Positions 42,702 through 52,305 of a stretch of 64,000 nt of DNA are shown here, one piece after another. The first letter of the stretch is position 1. Each line of letters opens with the position of its first letter. Source of the DNA: an uncultured delta proteobacterium (lineage in GTDB: Bacteria; Desulfobacterota; DSM-4660; Desulfatiglandales; Desulfatiglandaceae); assembly GCA_963704245.1 (NCBI GenBank), contig CAVPHJ010000002.1, forward strand, positions 30,317 through 94,316. The letters are read 5' to 3'. The notes beneath the pieces were generated by a model. It saw only the letters and a program-made list of their open reading frames with translations. It did not search any database and had not been told where the DNA came from. Both the position numbers and the translations under genes were made by a program.

Positions 42702-43967
42702 ATGCATCACTTCCAGTACCTCGAGGATGAGCTGCTTTGCGAAGGGGTCCGGGTGGCGGACATCGCCCGTGAGGTAGGCACCCCCTTCTACCTCTACTCC
42801 CACGCCACCCTGCGCCAGCACTTCCGGGCCTTTGACAGCGCTTTTGCCGAGGTCCCCCACATCACCTGCTTCGCCATGAAATCCAACTCCAATCTGGCCA
42901 TCCTCAGGCTCTTCGCCCGCGAGGGCGGGGGGGTGGACATCGTCTCCGGCGGCGAGCTCTACCGGGCGCTGAAGGCCGGGGTGCCGGCGGACCGGGTGGT
43001 CTACTCCGGGGTCGGGAAGCGGGAAGAGGACCTGGCCTATGCCCTGCGCTCGGACATCCTGATGTTCAACGTGGAGTCTTCCCAGGAAATCGACCGCCTG
43101 GCCGACGTGGCGGCCGGGATGGGAAGGCGGGCCCGGATCGCGTTGCGGGTCAACCCGGACGTGGATGCGAAGACCCATCCCTACATATCCACCGGGCTCA
43201 AGGAGAACAAGTTCGGCATCGACATCCGCCAGGCACTCGAGCAGTACCGTCGGGCCGCCGCCATGAAGAGCCTGGAGGTGGCCGGCGTTTCCTGCCACAT
43301 CGGGAGCCAGCTGACCCAGGTGGGCCCCTTCGTGGACACGCTGAAGCGTCTCACGGGCCTGGTGCGGGAACTGTCTGCCGGCGGAATCCGGGTGAAGTAT
43401 CTGGACCTGGGCGGCGGCCTGGGCATCACCTACGACCAGGAGGCCCCGCCCCACCCGCAGGAGTACGCCCAGGCGGTCAGGGGCGAGCTGAAGGACCCGG
43501 AGCTGACCCTGGTCCTGGAGCCCGGGCGCGTGATCGTGGGCAACGCCGGAATCTTGGTGACCCGGGTGCTGTATTGCAAGCGTTCAGGGGAGAAGACCTT
43601 CTTCGTGGTGGATGCGGCCATGAACGACCTGATCCGGCCGAGCCTCTACGGGTCGTTTCACGGCATCCAGCCGGTGGTCCGGTTCGCCGGCCGGGAAAAG
43701 GTCAAGGCCGACATCGTGGGACCCATCTGCGAGTCCAGCGATTTCCTGGCCCGCGGCAGGGAACTGGAGAGCTACGAGCCGGGCGAGCTGATGGCCGTCA
43801 TGAGCGCCGGCGCGTACGGCTTCAGCATGAGCTCCAACTACAATTCCCGGCCCCGGGCCTGTGAGGTCATGGTCCGGGAAGACGGTTTTCGGGTGATCCG
43901 CGCCCGCGAGACCTACGAGGATCTGGTGCGGGGCGAAACCATCCCGGATTCTCTGCTGGAGGACTGA
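42702..43967 (+). CDS. lysA: diaminopimelate decarboxylase
   Basis: 421 aa. ...GTPFYLYSHATLRQHF...CFAMKSNSNLAIL.... Confidence 0.9.
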   Translation: MHHFQYLEDELLCEGVRVADIAREVGTPFYLYSHATLRQHFRAFDSAFAEVPHITCFAMKSNSNLAILRLFAREGGGVDIVSGGELYRALKAGVPADRVVYSGVGKREEDLAYALRSDILMFNVESSQEIDRLADVAAGMGRRARIALRVNPDVDAKTHPYISTGLKENKFGIDIRQALEQYRRAAAMKSLEVAGVSCHIGSQLTQVGPFVDTLKRLTGLVRELSAGGIRVKYLDLGGGLGITYDQEAPPHPQEYAQAVRGELKDPELTLVLEPGRVIVGNAGILVTRVLYCKRSGEKTFFVVDAAMNDLIRPSLYGSFHGIQPVVRFAGREKVKADIVGPICESSDFLARGRELESYEPGELMAVMSAGAYGFSMSSNYNSRPRACEVMVREDGFRVIRARETYEDLVRGETIPDSLLED

Positions 43968-44019
43968 GATCGGCGGGGCACCGCGCGCTGCGGACGCCGG
44001 AAACCGCGGGGGAGTCGGC

Positions 44020-44838
44020 ATGGAGATCGAATTCTGGAAGATGCAGGGCAGCGGCAACGACTTCATCCTGATCGACAACCGCGACGGAAAGGTGAGGGAG
44101 GAGGACTTGAGCCGAGTGGCGGCCCGCGCCTGCCGGCGCCGCGAATCCGTGGGGGCCGACGGCGTCATCTACCTGACCCCTTCGGCGGGCTGTGATTTCG
44201 GGTGGCGTTTCTTCAACGCCGACGGCGGGGAGGCGGAGATGTGCGGCAACGGCGGCCGCTGCGTGGCCCGGTTCGCCCATTTGAAGGGCATCGCCGGAGC
44301 GCGGATGAGCTTCGAAACCCTGGCCGGACCCATTGAGGCGGAGGTCAGGGGGCGGCAGGTCAAGGTGCTCATGCCCCGGCCCCGTGACCTCTCCCTGGAC
44401 CTGACCCTGGAGGGCGAGCCGGGCTGGCAGACCATCGACTTCATCAACACCGGGGTGCCGCATGTGGTCGTGGGGGTGGCGGACCTCGAGAACACGGCGG
44501 TGAAGGAGTCGGGGCGCCGGCTGCGCTTTCACCAGCGCTTCGCCCCGCGCGGGACCAACGCCAACTTCGTGCGTCCGGCCGGGGAAAACCGGCTGGAGGT
44601 GCGGACCTACGAGCGCGGCGTGGAAGATGAAACCCTGGCCTGCGGAACCGGCGTCATGGCCTCGGCACTGACGGCGGCCGCCCGGGGCCTGGTGCGCTCC
44701 CCGGTCACGGTGAAGACCCGGGGCGGGGAGGAGCTGCTGATCCACTTCACGGGCACCGGAAGGGCTTTCGAAAAGGTCTGGCTGGAGGGCAACACCTCCA
44801 TCGTCTATCAGGCGCGGCTGCACGAGGAAGCCCTCTAG
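44020..44838 (+). CDS. dapF: diaminopimelate epimerase
   Basis: 272 aa. MQGSGNDFILID and catalytic MCGNGGRC. Confidence 0.9.
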   Translation: MEIEFWKMQGSGNDFILIDNRDGKVREEDLSRVAARACRRRESVGADGVIYLTPSAGCDFGWRFFNADGGEAEMCGNGGRCVARFAHLKGIAGARMSFETLAGPIEAEVRGRQVKVLMPRPRDLSLDLTLEGEPGWQTIDFINTGVPHVVVGVADLENTAVKESGRRLRFHQRFAPRGTNANFVRPAGENRLEVRTYERGVEDETLACGTGVMASALTAAARGLVRSPVTVKTRGGEELLIHFTGTGRAFEKVWLEGNTSIVYQARLHEEAL

Positions 44839-44898
44839 GCCCCTTCTCAGTGCCGGAAAAACAGGACACGCCCATACGGCGGACGAAGGAGACAGAGC

Positions 44899-45702
44899 AT
44901 GGTCAAGGTCACGGTTGCCGGCGCCGCCGGCCGGATGGGCAGGCGTATCATCCACATGGTGCAGCAGAACCCGGGAACTGCACTCGCGGGGGCCCTGGAG
45001 CGGCCCGACCACCCGAGCCTGGGGCAGGACGCGGGACAGCTGGCCGGCGGGGAAGAGCTGGGAGTCCGGCTGGCCGGCTCCCTGAGCGCGATCCGGGATG
45101 CCGGCGACGTGCTGATCGACTTCACCGCTCCCGAGGTCACACTCGAGCACCTGAAAACCGCCGTTGAGCGGAACCTGGCCATGGTGATCGGAACCACCGG
45201 CATCACCGGCCGGACCCTGGATGAAGCGCGGTCCCTGGCCCGGCGGACCCGGTGTGTCATGGCGCCGAACATGAGCGTGGGGGTCAACGTGATGTTCAAG
45301 CTGGCCGGCGAGATGGCCGGTCTGCTCGGCGGGGACTACGACATGGAGATCCTGGAGGTGCACCACCGGCTGAAAAAAGACGCGCCGAGCGGCACGGCCA
45401 TGCGGCTGGCCCAGATCCTGGCCGCGGCCGCAGGACGGGAGCTGGAAAAAGTGGGTGTCTACGAACGCAAGGGGCTGATCGGCGAGCGGAGCGCCGAGGA
45501 GATCGGCATCCAGACCTGGCGGGCGGGAGACATCACCGGTGAGCACACGGTGATGTTCGGCGGGATCGGCGAAAGGCTGGAACTGACCCATCGCGCCCAC
45601 AACCGCGACAATTTCGCCCGCGGCGCCGTGCGCGCGGCGTTGTGGGTTGTCAAGCAGCCGGCCGGTCTCTATGATATGCAGGACGTCCTGGGACTCCGAT
45701 AG
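44899..45702 (+). CDS. dapB: 4-hydroxy-tetrahydrodipicolinate reductase
   Basis: 267 aa. VAGAAGRMG and EVHHRLKKDAPSGTA motifs. Confidence 0.9.
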   Translation: MVKVTVAGAAGRMGRRIIHMVQQNPGTALAGALERPDHPSLGQDAGQLAGGEELGVRLAGSLSAIRDAGDVLIDFTAPEVTLEHLKTAVERNLAMVIGTTGITGRTLDEARSLARRTRCVMAPNMSVGVNVMFKLAGEMAGLLGGDYDMEILEVHHRLKKDAPSGTAMRLAQILAAAAGRELEKVGVYERKGLIGERSAEEIGIQTWRAGDITGEHTVMFGGIGERLELTHRAHNRDNFARGAVRAALWVVKQPAGLYDMQDVLGLR

Positions 45703-45750
45703 GACGGGACCGGATATTGCAGCGGGATTCCGGAGGAGACGGACAGCACC

Positions 45751-46920
45751 ATGAGCATTTTTGAAAAAGCCCAGCGACTCAGAGACCTGCCCCCCTACCT
45801 GTTCAAGGAGATCGACCGCAGGAAGGCGGAGGCTCTGGCACGCGGCGTGAACATCATCGACCTGGGGATCGGGGACCCGGACCTGCCCACCCCGCGCCAT
45901 ATCGTCGAGGCCCTGAAACGGGCGGCCGAGGAACCCCCCAACCATCGCTACCCGACCTATGCCGGGATGAAGACCTTCCGGGCGGCCGTGGCCCGGTGGT
46001 ACCGGGAGCGGTTCGAAGTGGAGCTGGACCCGGACACCGAGGTGCTGGCGCTGATCGGAAGCAAGGAGGGAATCGCCCATTTTCCGCTGGCCTTCATCAA
46101 TCCCGGCGACGTCGCCCTGATCCCCACTCCGGGGTATCCGGTCTATCACACGGCCACCCTGTTTGCGGGCGGGGAATCCCATTACCTGCCGCTGGTGAAG
46201 GAGAGGGGCTTTCTGCCCGACCTGGACGCCGTGCCGGCCGACAAGGCGCGCCGGGCGCGCGTTCTGTTCATCAACTACCCCAACAATCCGACCTCCGCGG
46301 TGGCCGATCCGGGTTTCTTCGCGCGAGTGGTGGAATTCGCCCGGGAGCACGAAATCCTCGTCTGCCATGATGCCGCCTATTCTGAAGTGGCCTACGACGG
46401 CTTCCGCCCGCCGAGCTTCCTGGGGACCCCGGGCGCCAAGGAAGTGGGCATCGAGTTCCACTCCCTGTCCAAGACCTACAACATGACCGGCTGGCGGGTG
46501 GGCTTCGCCGTGGGACAGCGGGAAGCCATCGAGGGGCTGCTGGCCGTCAAGAGCAATGTGGATTCGGGGGTGTTCCAAGCCGTGCAGACGGCCGGCGTGG
46601 AAGCCCTGGGCGGCGACCAGAGCTGTGTGCGGGAAATGATCGAGACCTACACCGCCCGCCGCAACGTGCTGGTCCAGGGTCTCAAAGAGGCCGGCTTTGA
46701 GCTGGAGACTCCCCGGGCAACCTTCTACCTGTGGGTCAAGGTGCCGGAGGGTCACAGCTCGACCAAATTTGCATCCCGGCTGCTGGATGAGGCGGGTCTG
46801 GTGGTGACTCCCGGAAACGGCTTCGGCGCGCCGGGGGAAGGGTATTTCCGTCTGGCCCTCACCCAGCCGGTGGAGCGGCTCGAAGAGGCGGTGGCCAGGC
46901 TCAGGCGGTTGAACTTCTAG
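45751..46920 (+). CDS. dapL: LL-diaminopimelate aminotransferase
   Basis: 389 aa. ...LPPYLFKEIDRRK...NYPNNPT...SLSKTYNMTGWRVG.... Confidence 0.85.
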   Translation: MSIFEKAQRLRDLPPYLFKEIDRRKAEALARGVNIIDLGIGDPDLPTPRHIVEALKRAAEEPPNHRYPTYAGMKTFRAAVARWYRERFEVELDPDTEVLALIGSKEGIAHFPLAFINPGDVALIPTPGYPVYHTATLFAGGESHYLPLVKERGFLPDLDAVPADKARRARVLFINYPNNPTSAVADPGFFARVVEFAREHEILVCHDAAYSEVAYDGFRPPSFLGTPGAKEVGIEFHSLSKTYNMTGWRVGFAVGQREAIEGLLAVKSNVDSGVFQAVQTAGVEALGGDQSCVREMIETYTARRNVLVQGLKEAGFELETPRATFYLWVKVPEGHSSTKFASRLLDEAGLVVTPGNGFGAPGEGYFRLALTQPVERLEEAVARLRRLNF

Positions 46921-47417
46921 TGACGGACCTGGCTTACATCGGCGTGGGGTCCAACCTGGGCGAAAAGATCGAGAACTGCGAGCGGGCTATCGCCGCAATA
47001 GACAGCCTGGCGGGCTGCCGCCTGTGCTCCCGGTCCGGGTACTATCGGACCGAGCCGGTGGGGGTCCGGGGCCAGGACTGGTATCTGAACGCTGCGGTTT
47101 CCGCGTCGGTGAGCATCAGCGCCCGGGAACTGCTCCAGGGCCTGCTGACCATCGAGACCCAGCTGGGGCGCAAAAGACGCCGCAAATGGGAGCCGCGACC
47201 CGTGGACCTGGATCTCCTCGTGTTCGGCGGGCAGGTGATCGACGAGGCCGATCTGCAGGTGCCCCACCCCCTGATGCACACCCGGCGCTTCGTGCTGGTG
47301 CCCCTGGCCGAACTCGACGGGGACCTGCACCATCCGGTCCTCGGGAAGACCGTGAGCCGGCTGCTGGCTGAGCTGCCTGAGACCGGCCAGCGGGTTTGGC
47401 CCCTGGAGGCCGCCTGA
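46920..47417 (+). CDS. folK: 2-amino-4-hydroxy-6-hydroxymethyldihydropteridine diphosphokinase
   Basis: 165 aa, GTG start. ...AYIGVGSNLG...YYRTEPVG...PRPVDLDLL...PHPLMHTRRFVLVPL.... Confidence 0.85.
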   Translation: MTDLAYIGVGSNLGEKIENCERAIAAIDSLAGCRLCSRSGYYRTEPVGVRGQDWYLNAAVSASVSISARELLQGLLTIETQLGRKRRRKWEPRPVDLDLLVFGGQVIDEADLQVPHPLMHTRRFVLVPLAELDGDLHHPVLGKTVSRLLAELPETGQRVWPLEAA

Positions 47418-47680
47418 TGGGACTGCTGCGACTCCTCCTGATTGCGGGACTGGTCTACCTGGGGTATCGGGTGGTGAAGGCTGCAGTGGCGCCTTCCCCC
47501 AGGGTGCAAGCCGGGGGCAAGGCCGGCGAAATCGACGAGATGGTTCAGGACCCCCAATGCCGTACCTATGTGCCGCGCCGGGAAGCGGTACGCCGGTCGG
47601 TCGGGGGGCGGGATCTCTATTTCTGTTCCGCCGAGTGTGCCGCGGAGTTCGAAAAGGCATCGAGGTCCGGCGCCTCATGA
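47417..47680 (+). CDS. small membrane-anchored Cys-rich protein (PP0621-like, TRASH/YHS-type C-terminus)
   Basis: ATGA overlap with the folK stop. MGLLRLLLIAGLVYLGYRVV is a TM anchor, followed by ...MVQDPQCRTYVPRREAV...YFCSAEC. Confidence 0.6.
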   Translation: MGLLRLLLIAGLVYLGYRVVKAAVAPSPRVQAGGKAGEIDEMVQDPQCRTYVPRREAVRRSVGGRDLYFCSAECAAEFEKASRSGAS

Positions 47681-48315
47681 GCGGGCGCCGGCGGAGAGAG
47701 GTACCCGCCGGAAGGGCATTTTGCCTGCCGCGCCGGGACGCGGCCGGGGTGCTGATCGCAGCCGGCATCGGCTGGGCGATCCTGGGCGCGGGCGCGGCGT
47801 GGGCGGACATCTACCGCTTCGTGGACGAAAAAGGGGTCTGGCATTTCACCAACGTCAAGACCGACAGCCGCTATGTGCTGTACATGCGATCGCCCCGCAA
47901 GGCAGCCGGGCCGGCCGGGGTGGTTTCCGAGTACCGGCAGATCATCGCCGAGGCCGCCGAGCGCTACGGCGTGGAGCAGCCGCTCATCCGGGCCCTGATC
48001 AAGACCGAGTCGGATTTCGATCACCGGGCCGTCTCCAATAAGGGTGCCCAGGGGCTGATGCAGCTGATGCCTGCAACAGCGTTAGATCTGGAGGTGAAAG
48101 ACCCCTTTGACCCGCGGGAGAACATCCTGGCGGGCACGCGCTACTTCGGGATGCTGCTGAAACGATTTCAGAACGATACGACCCTGGCCCTGGCGGCCTA
48201 CAATGCAGGCCCGGAGGCGGTGGAAAAGCACCAGGGGGTTCCCCCGATCCCCGAAACCCAGACCTTTGTGGAGAAGGTTCAGGACTACTACCGCCAGTAC
48301 AGCCGTTCGGAGTAG
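47677..48315 (+). CDS. lytic transglycosylase (SLT domain) with DUF4124-like N-terminus
   Basis: ATGA overlap with the upstream gene. ...IYRFVDEKGVWHFTN... then ...TESDFDHRAVSNKGAQGLMQLMP...AAYNAGP.... Confidence 0.8.
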   Translation: MSGRRRREVPAGRAFCLPRRDAAGVLIAAGIGWAILGAGAAWADIYRFVDEKGVWHFTNVKTDSRYVLYMRSPRKAAGPAGVVSEYRQIIAEAAERYGVEQPLIRALIKTESDFDHRAVSNKGAQGLMQLMPATALDLEVKDPFDPRENILAGTRYFGMLLKRFQNDTTLALAAYNAGPEAVEKHQGVPPIPETQTFVEKVQDYYRQYSRSE

Positions 48316-48363
48316 ACCGGCAAGCGTGCAGGCCGCCAGGCATCAGCGAGGAGCCAGGAATCC

Positions 48364-48942
48364 ATGAGCACAGGAATGCGACGGGAACTGTTGAATCTGC
48401 CCAACACCCTGACCGGCACCCGAGCGGCCTGCATTCCCCTGGTCATGGTCTGTCTGCAGTTCCCGGGGAAAACCGGGAGTTTCCTGGCCGCCCTTTTTTT
48501 CGGGATGGCCTTCATCACCGACATCCTGGACGGGTTCTACGCCCGCAAGTACGGCGAGGTCACCACCCTCGGGAAGTTTCTGGACCCCCTGGCCGACAAG
48601 ATCCTGGTGGCGGGGACCATGGTGATGCTGGTGCCGCTGGGCCGGATCCCGGCCTGGGTCGTGGTCGTGATCGTCGCCCGAGAGATGGCCGTCACCGGGC
48701 TGAGGGGGCTGGCCGGCAAGGAGGGGGTGGTGATCCAGGCGAGCGTCCTGGGGAAGTACAAGACGATCTTCCAGGCGGTCTCGCTGGTGCTTCTCTGCCT
48801 TCACCACACCTGGTGGCGGGTGGACACCCACGCGGTGGGGATGGTGTTCCTGTGGGCCGCGCTGCTCCTGACCCTGTGGTCCGGATGGGATTACTTCCGG
48901 GCGTTCTACCGTCTCTTCCTGAGCCGGCGGCGCGAAAGCTGA
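48364..48942 (+). CDS. pgsA: CDP-diacylglycerol--glycerol-3-phosphate 3-phosphatidyltransferase
   Basis: 192 aa with the CDP-alcohol phosphatidyltransferase motif DILDGFYARKYGEVTTLGKFLDPLADK. Confidence 0.9.
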   Translation: MSTGMRRELLNLPNTLTGTRAACIPLVMVCLQFPGKTGSFLAALFFGMAFITDILDGFYARKYGEVTTLGKFLDPLADKILVAGTMVMLVPLGRIPAWVVVVIVAREMAVTGLRGLAGKEGVVIQASVLGKYKTIFQAVSLVLLCLHHTWWRVDTHAVGMVFLWAALLLTLWSGWDYFRAFYRLFLSRRRES

Positions 48943-48995
48943 CGATCGGGAGGCCTCGGCGGCTTGAGGCTTCGGCGCGGGCGAAAGGTTTTCTG

Positions 48996-49023
48996 TTGAC
49001 ATCCACGGGCCGCGCGCTACAAT
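48996..49023 (+). promoter_or_regulatory. sigma70-like promoter of tRNA-Gly/tRNA-Cys
   Basis: TTGACA (48996-49001), 16 nt, TACAAT (49018-49023). The tRNA begins 15 nt downstream. Confidence 0.5.
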
Positions 49024-49037
49024 AGGCTTCACGTCGG

Positions 49038-49113
49038 GCGGGAATAGCTCAGTTGGTAGAGCTCCACGTTGCCAACGTGGTTGTCGCGGGTTCAAGTCCC
49101 GTTTCCCGCTCCA
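49038..49113 (+). tRNA. tRNA-Gly (anticodon GCC)
   Basis: Cloverleaf folded by hand. Acceptor GCGGGAA/TTCCCGC, anticodon stem CCACG/CGTGG, loop TTGCCAA, T-loop TTCAAGT, encoded CCA. Confidence 0.9.
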
Positions 49114-49125
49114 GCAGACAATGCA

Positions 49126-49201
49126 GGCGGCATAGCCAAGTGGCTAAGGCAGCGGTCTGCAAAACCGTTATTCACCGGTTCGAATCCGGTTGCCGCCTCC
49201 A
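49126..49201 (+). tRNA. tRNA-Cys (anticodon GCA)
   Basis: Acceptor GGCGGCA/TGCCGCC, anticodon loop CTGCAAA, T-arm CCGGTTCGAATCCGG, encoded CCA. Confidence 0.9.
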
Positions 49202-49209
49202 GTAATATC

Positions 49210-49247
49210 AGGCCTGTGACGCAGCGCGCGTCACAGGCCTTTTTCTT
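49210..49247 (+). terminator. rho-independent terminator after tRNA-Cys
   Basis: Perfect 13-bp stem AGGCCTGTGACGC / GCGTCACAGGCCT with a 5-nt loop, followed by TTTTTCTT. Confidence 0.8.
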
Positions 49248-49294
49248 GCCACCGGGAGCCGGCCGCCCGGAACCCGCCTCACGTCCGTCTGCCT

Positions 49295-50077
49295 CTATGG
49301 CAGGAACCCGAGAAGCTCGCGATTGAAGGCCTCGGCCTGTTCGATGTTGGAAAGGTGGGCCGCCGCGGGAAGGATCACCAGCTTCGACCCGGCGATCTCT
49401 TGGTGCATGACCTCGGAGGCCGCCACCGGGGTCGCAGGGTCCTCTTCGCCCACCATGATCAGGGTGGGCAACCGGATTTCGGGAAGCCGATGGAGCAGAT
49501 CGAGTTTCCGGATCGCCCCGCTGCAGCCCACATAGCCGGCGACCGGGGTTTTCAGGAACTGCTCACGGATCATCCCCGCCCCTTGGGGGTTGCGTTTGAG
49601 GAAGGGCGCGGTAAACCACCGCTCAAGGGTCTCCTGTACCAGGGATTCCAGACCCTCGGTGCGGGCCTTGAGGATTCGCTCCTCCCAGATCGGCTGGGAC
49701 TCCTTCGGGATAACGGCGGCGGTGTCGCAGAGGACCAGGCGCTCGAGCCGCTCCGGATGATCGAGGGCCAGCGCCTGGCCGATCATGCCCCCCATGGAGA
49801 GCCCCACCCAGCTGACCTTTCCGAGCCCCAGGGCGTCCAGCAGCCCGATCGCGTCCTCTGTCAGCTCCCCCAGGCGGTAGGGTCCGCTCGGGGCCGCGGT
49901 GCCGCCGTGGCCGCGGGTGTCGTAACGCAGAACCCGGAACCGGGACTGCAGGATCTCCATCTGGGGCTCCCACATCACCAGGCTCGAGCCCAGCGAGTGG
50001 CTCAGCACCACCACCCCGGCGCCTTCCTTGCCGCTCAGCTCGTAACGGACGCGCAGGTCCTTCACCGAAATCTCCAT
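49295..50077 (-). CDS. alpha/beta hydrolase (3-oxoadipate enol-lactonase-like)
   Basis: 260 aa. ...VVVLSHSLGSSLVMWEPQ...RVLRYDTRGHGGT...GLSMGGMIG (nucleophile elbow GxSxG). Confidence 0.8.
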   Translation of the reverse strand: MEISVKDLRVRYELSGKEGAGVVVLSHSLGSSLVMWEPQMEILQSRFRVLRYDTRGHGGTAAPSGPYRLGELTEDAIGLLDALGLGKVSWVGLSMGGMIGQALALDHPERLERLVLCDTAAVIPKESQPIWEERILKARTEGLESLVQETLERWFTAPFLKRNPQGAGMIREQFLKTPVAGYVGCSGAIRKLDLLHRLPEIRLPTLIMVGEEDPATPVAASEVMHQEIAGSKLVILPAAAHLSNIEQAEAFNRELLGFLP

Positions 50078-50171
50078 CCTCCTGCCTCCCTCCTGAAGGT
50101 TGTTTCAGCGGGCCGCTTGGCCCGAAATCCAGCTCCAAGGCTACGCATTTGGTGGTTTGTCGTTTTTCCGT

Positions 50172-50200
50172 TTGACACGCCGCCTCTCTCAGCCTAGCAT
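50172..50200 (+). promoter_or_regulatory. sigma70-like promoter of nucleotidyltransferase gene
   Basis: TTGACA (50172-50177), 17 nt, TAGCAT (50195-50200). Confidence 0.4.
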
Positions 50201-50287
50201 TTGTGGCAACAGCGTCAACAGGTTAGTCTGCGACCTCTGTAGGAACCGGGTCGCCCTGCCGCGCGCCGTAAAGGAGGCCGGCTCCGG

Positions 50288-50827
50288 TTGAAATTCAGGT
50301 CGGTATTCGAGGCTCTCGCGCGTTTCTTTGAGGAACAGGGGGTGGACTATGCCCTGATTGGCGCTTTTGCCCTGAAAGCTCTCGGTCATCTGCGTGCCAC
50401 CCGCGACGTGGACTTCGTGGTCAGGCAGTCCGATCAGGCCCGGATCGTACAGTTTGCGGAATCCCTGGGTTATGAGACGATTCACCTCTCATCCGGCTAC
50501 TCCAACCATGTTCATGCCCAAAAGGGGCTGGGGAGGATCGACTTCGTCTACGCCACGGGTGAAACGGCCGAGCGGATCTTTCAAGGCGTCAGGAAACGCC
50601 TGGTTCTCGATGATCTTAACCTGAACGTTGCCGACCCGGGACATCTTATCGCGCTCAAGGTTTTCGCCATCAGAAATGACCCGAGCCGGACCTTTCGGGA
50701 ACTGGCGGACATCCGGTTTCTCATGAGCCTGCCGGGGATTGATTCGGAGGAAGTGAAAAGGGTCTTTGAGAAGTACGGCCAGGGGAGATGGTACCATGAG
50801 TTGCTCCGGGAACAGGAAAGAAACTGA
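50288..50827 (+). CDS. pol-beta-fold nucleotidyltransferase family protein (uncharacterised)
   Basis: The TTG start sits 10 nt after AAGGAGG. 179 aa. ...YALIGAFALKALGHLRATRDVDFVV... fits the G[SA]-x(9-12)-DxD minimal NTase motif. Confidence 0.6.
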   Translation: MKFRSVFEALARFFEEQGVDYALIGAFALKALGHLRATRDVDFVVRQSDQARIVQFAESLGYETIHLSSGYSNHVHAQKGLGRIDFVYATGETAERIFQGVRKRLVLDDLNLNVADPGHLIALKVFAIRNDPSRTFRELADIRFLMSLPGIDSEEVKRVFEKYGQGRWYHELLREQERN

Positions 50828-51011
50828 CACCGCTCTGCTGGAGCTCGCCAGGGACATTCCGCTCACGGCCGATGACCTGGCCGCGCTCAGGGAACCCCTG
50901 CAGGAACAGGATCCGAACCTGGAGACGTATCTGGACTTCCTGGAGGAGCTGGGGGCCTTCGACAACCCGAAGCCTCCCGGAAAAGCCTATCCGGAGACCT
51001 TCGAACTCTGA
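50796..51011 (+). CDS. hypothetical small acidic protein overlapping the NTase 3' end
   Basis: The ATG at 50796 is preceded by AGGGGAG. 71 aa, Asp/Glu/Leu-rich (...LTADDLAALREPLQEQDPNLETYLDFLEELGAFD...). It overlaps the upstream gene by 32 nt. No family recognised. Confidence 0.35.
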   Translation: MSCSGNRKETDTALLELARDIPLTADDLAALREPLQEQDPNLETYLDFLEELGAFDNPKPPGKAYPETFEL

Positions 51012-51081
51012 AGCGGACCTCCCGATCCCCGGAATCGACCACTGCGTCGATGGACTTTGCCGGCCTGCGGCGTGACGGGAC

Positions 51082-52261
51082 CTACTGCCTTTTCGGCGTG
51101 GGCAGCATCACCTGGGGCTCGGTGAGCAGGAATTCCCCTTGGTCGATCCAGTCCTTCAGCAGGTGCGCGATCTCTAAAGCCCGCGGGTGGGAGGACAGCG
51201 GCACGGTCTGCACGTCGTGCCCGTCATAGCGGATGGAGCCGCCTTTCAACTCAGCATAGCTGACCTGCCGCAGGCTCTTGGACTCCCCCCTGGGATAGTC
51301 GCTGCTGTAATCGATGACCTGGGTGAAGAGCTCCTCGTCCGACACGCCGGCGAAACGGGCGATCTCCTCGTTGAGGATGGGGATGGGAACGCCGATGCCC
51401 ACCGCCAGGGAGCAGCCGTAGCCCAGCATGCTGACCCCGGCCAGCCAGCGGGGCGTCATCTGCTTGAGGTCGCCCATCACCATCAGCGTCCCGGCCGGGG
51501 TGAGCGGCACCCCGTTTTCGCCTCGCCGGGCCTGGAGGTTGTGCTGAGTGCCCGGGCCGATGACATACCCCTGGGCGCCGCCGATAAAGATCCGGGTGCC
51601 CAGGCCGATGGTGAGGTAGTACGGGTCGTTGAGCAGGGGGCTGAGCTGGCCGGAGGTGGAATAGTTCGCATTGCCGGCGTGGGGCTTGAGCACTCCCATG
51701 TAAGTGTAGATGGTCTTCTTTGAGAGGTTGATGGCGCAGTTGTAGTTCTGGTAGGCGTTGCGGGGGTTCAGCAGCATGCCGTAGGGCAGATCGTCCAGGG
51801 TGACGCGCTTCTCGAACCCCCGGTTGGGGTAGCAATCCGTGCTGTAAGCCTCGACCCGCAGCTCCACCTTGCGGCCGGCCACCAGGTCTTCCAGGACGTG
51901 GCCGCCGCCGTATTTGAATTCTCCCGGGTGCACCCGGTTCAGCGGGTCGTCTTTGGCCGGTTCGGTAGCCCCGAGGTAGACGTCCACCGCCGCCAGGCCG
52001 GCATAGGCCGGGACCTCGTTCAGCCACACAGCGGCGGCTTTGGTGGTCGGCTTGGTGTGCCCGAAGTTGATGAAGGCCCCGGAGGAACACATGGGCGCAA
52101 AGGTGCCGGTGGTCACCACGTCCACCTCGCGGGCCGCCTTGGCGGGCCCTTTCTTCCTGACGATCTCGGTCATTTCGTCGGCCGTGACGACGACCACTTT
52201 GCCTTCCCGGATCCGGCGGTTGATTTGCCTGGATGGTTCGCGTCCCTTTTCTGGCAGCCAT
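51082..52261 (-). pseudogene. COG1900/DUF39 homocysteine biosynthesis protein (MA1821-type sulfurtransferase family), one +1 frameshift as given
   Basis: ATG at 52261: MAARKGTRTIQA, then the conserved INRRIREGKVVVVTADEMTEIV... continues in the next frame (track ORF 51082-52197). An extra base lies near 52221-52228. The span is 1180 nt (3n+1). Confidence 0.75.
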
Positions 52262-52305
52262 GCGCGGAAAGCCCCCTTGCTGGTTGAAAACCCATCAAAA
52301 CTTTA

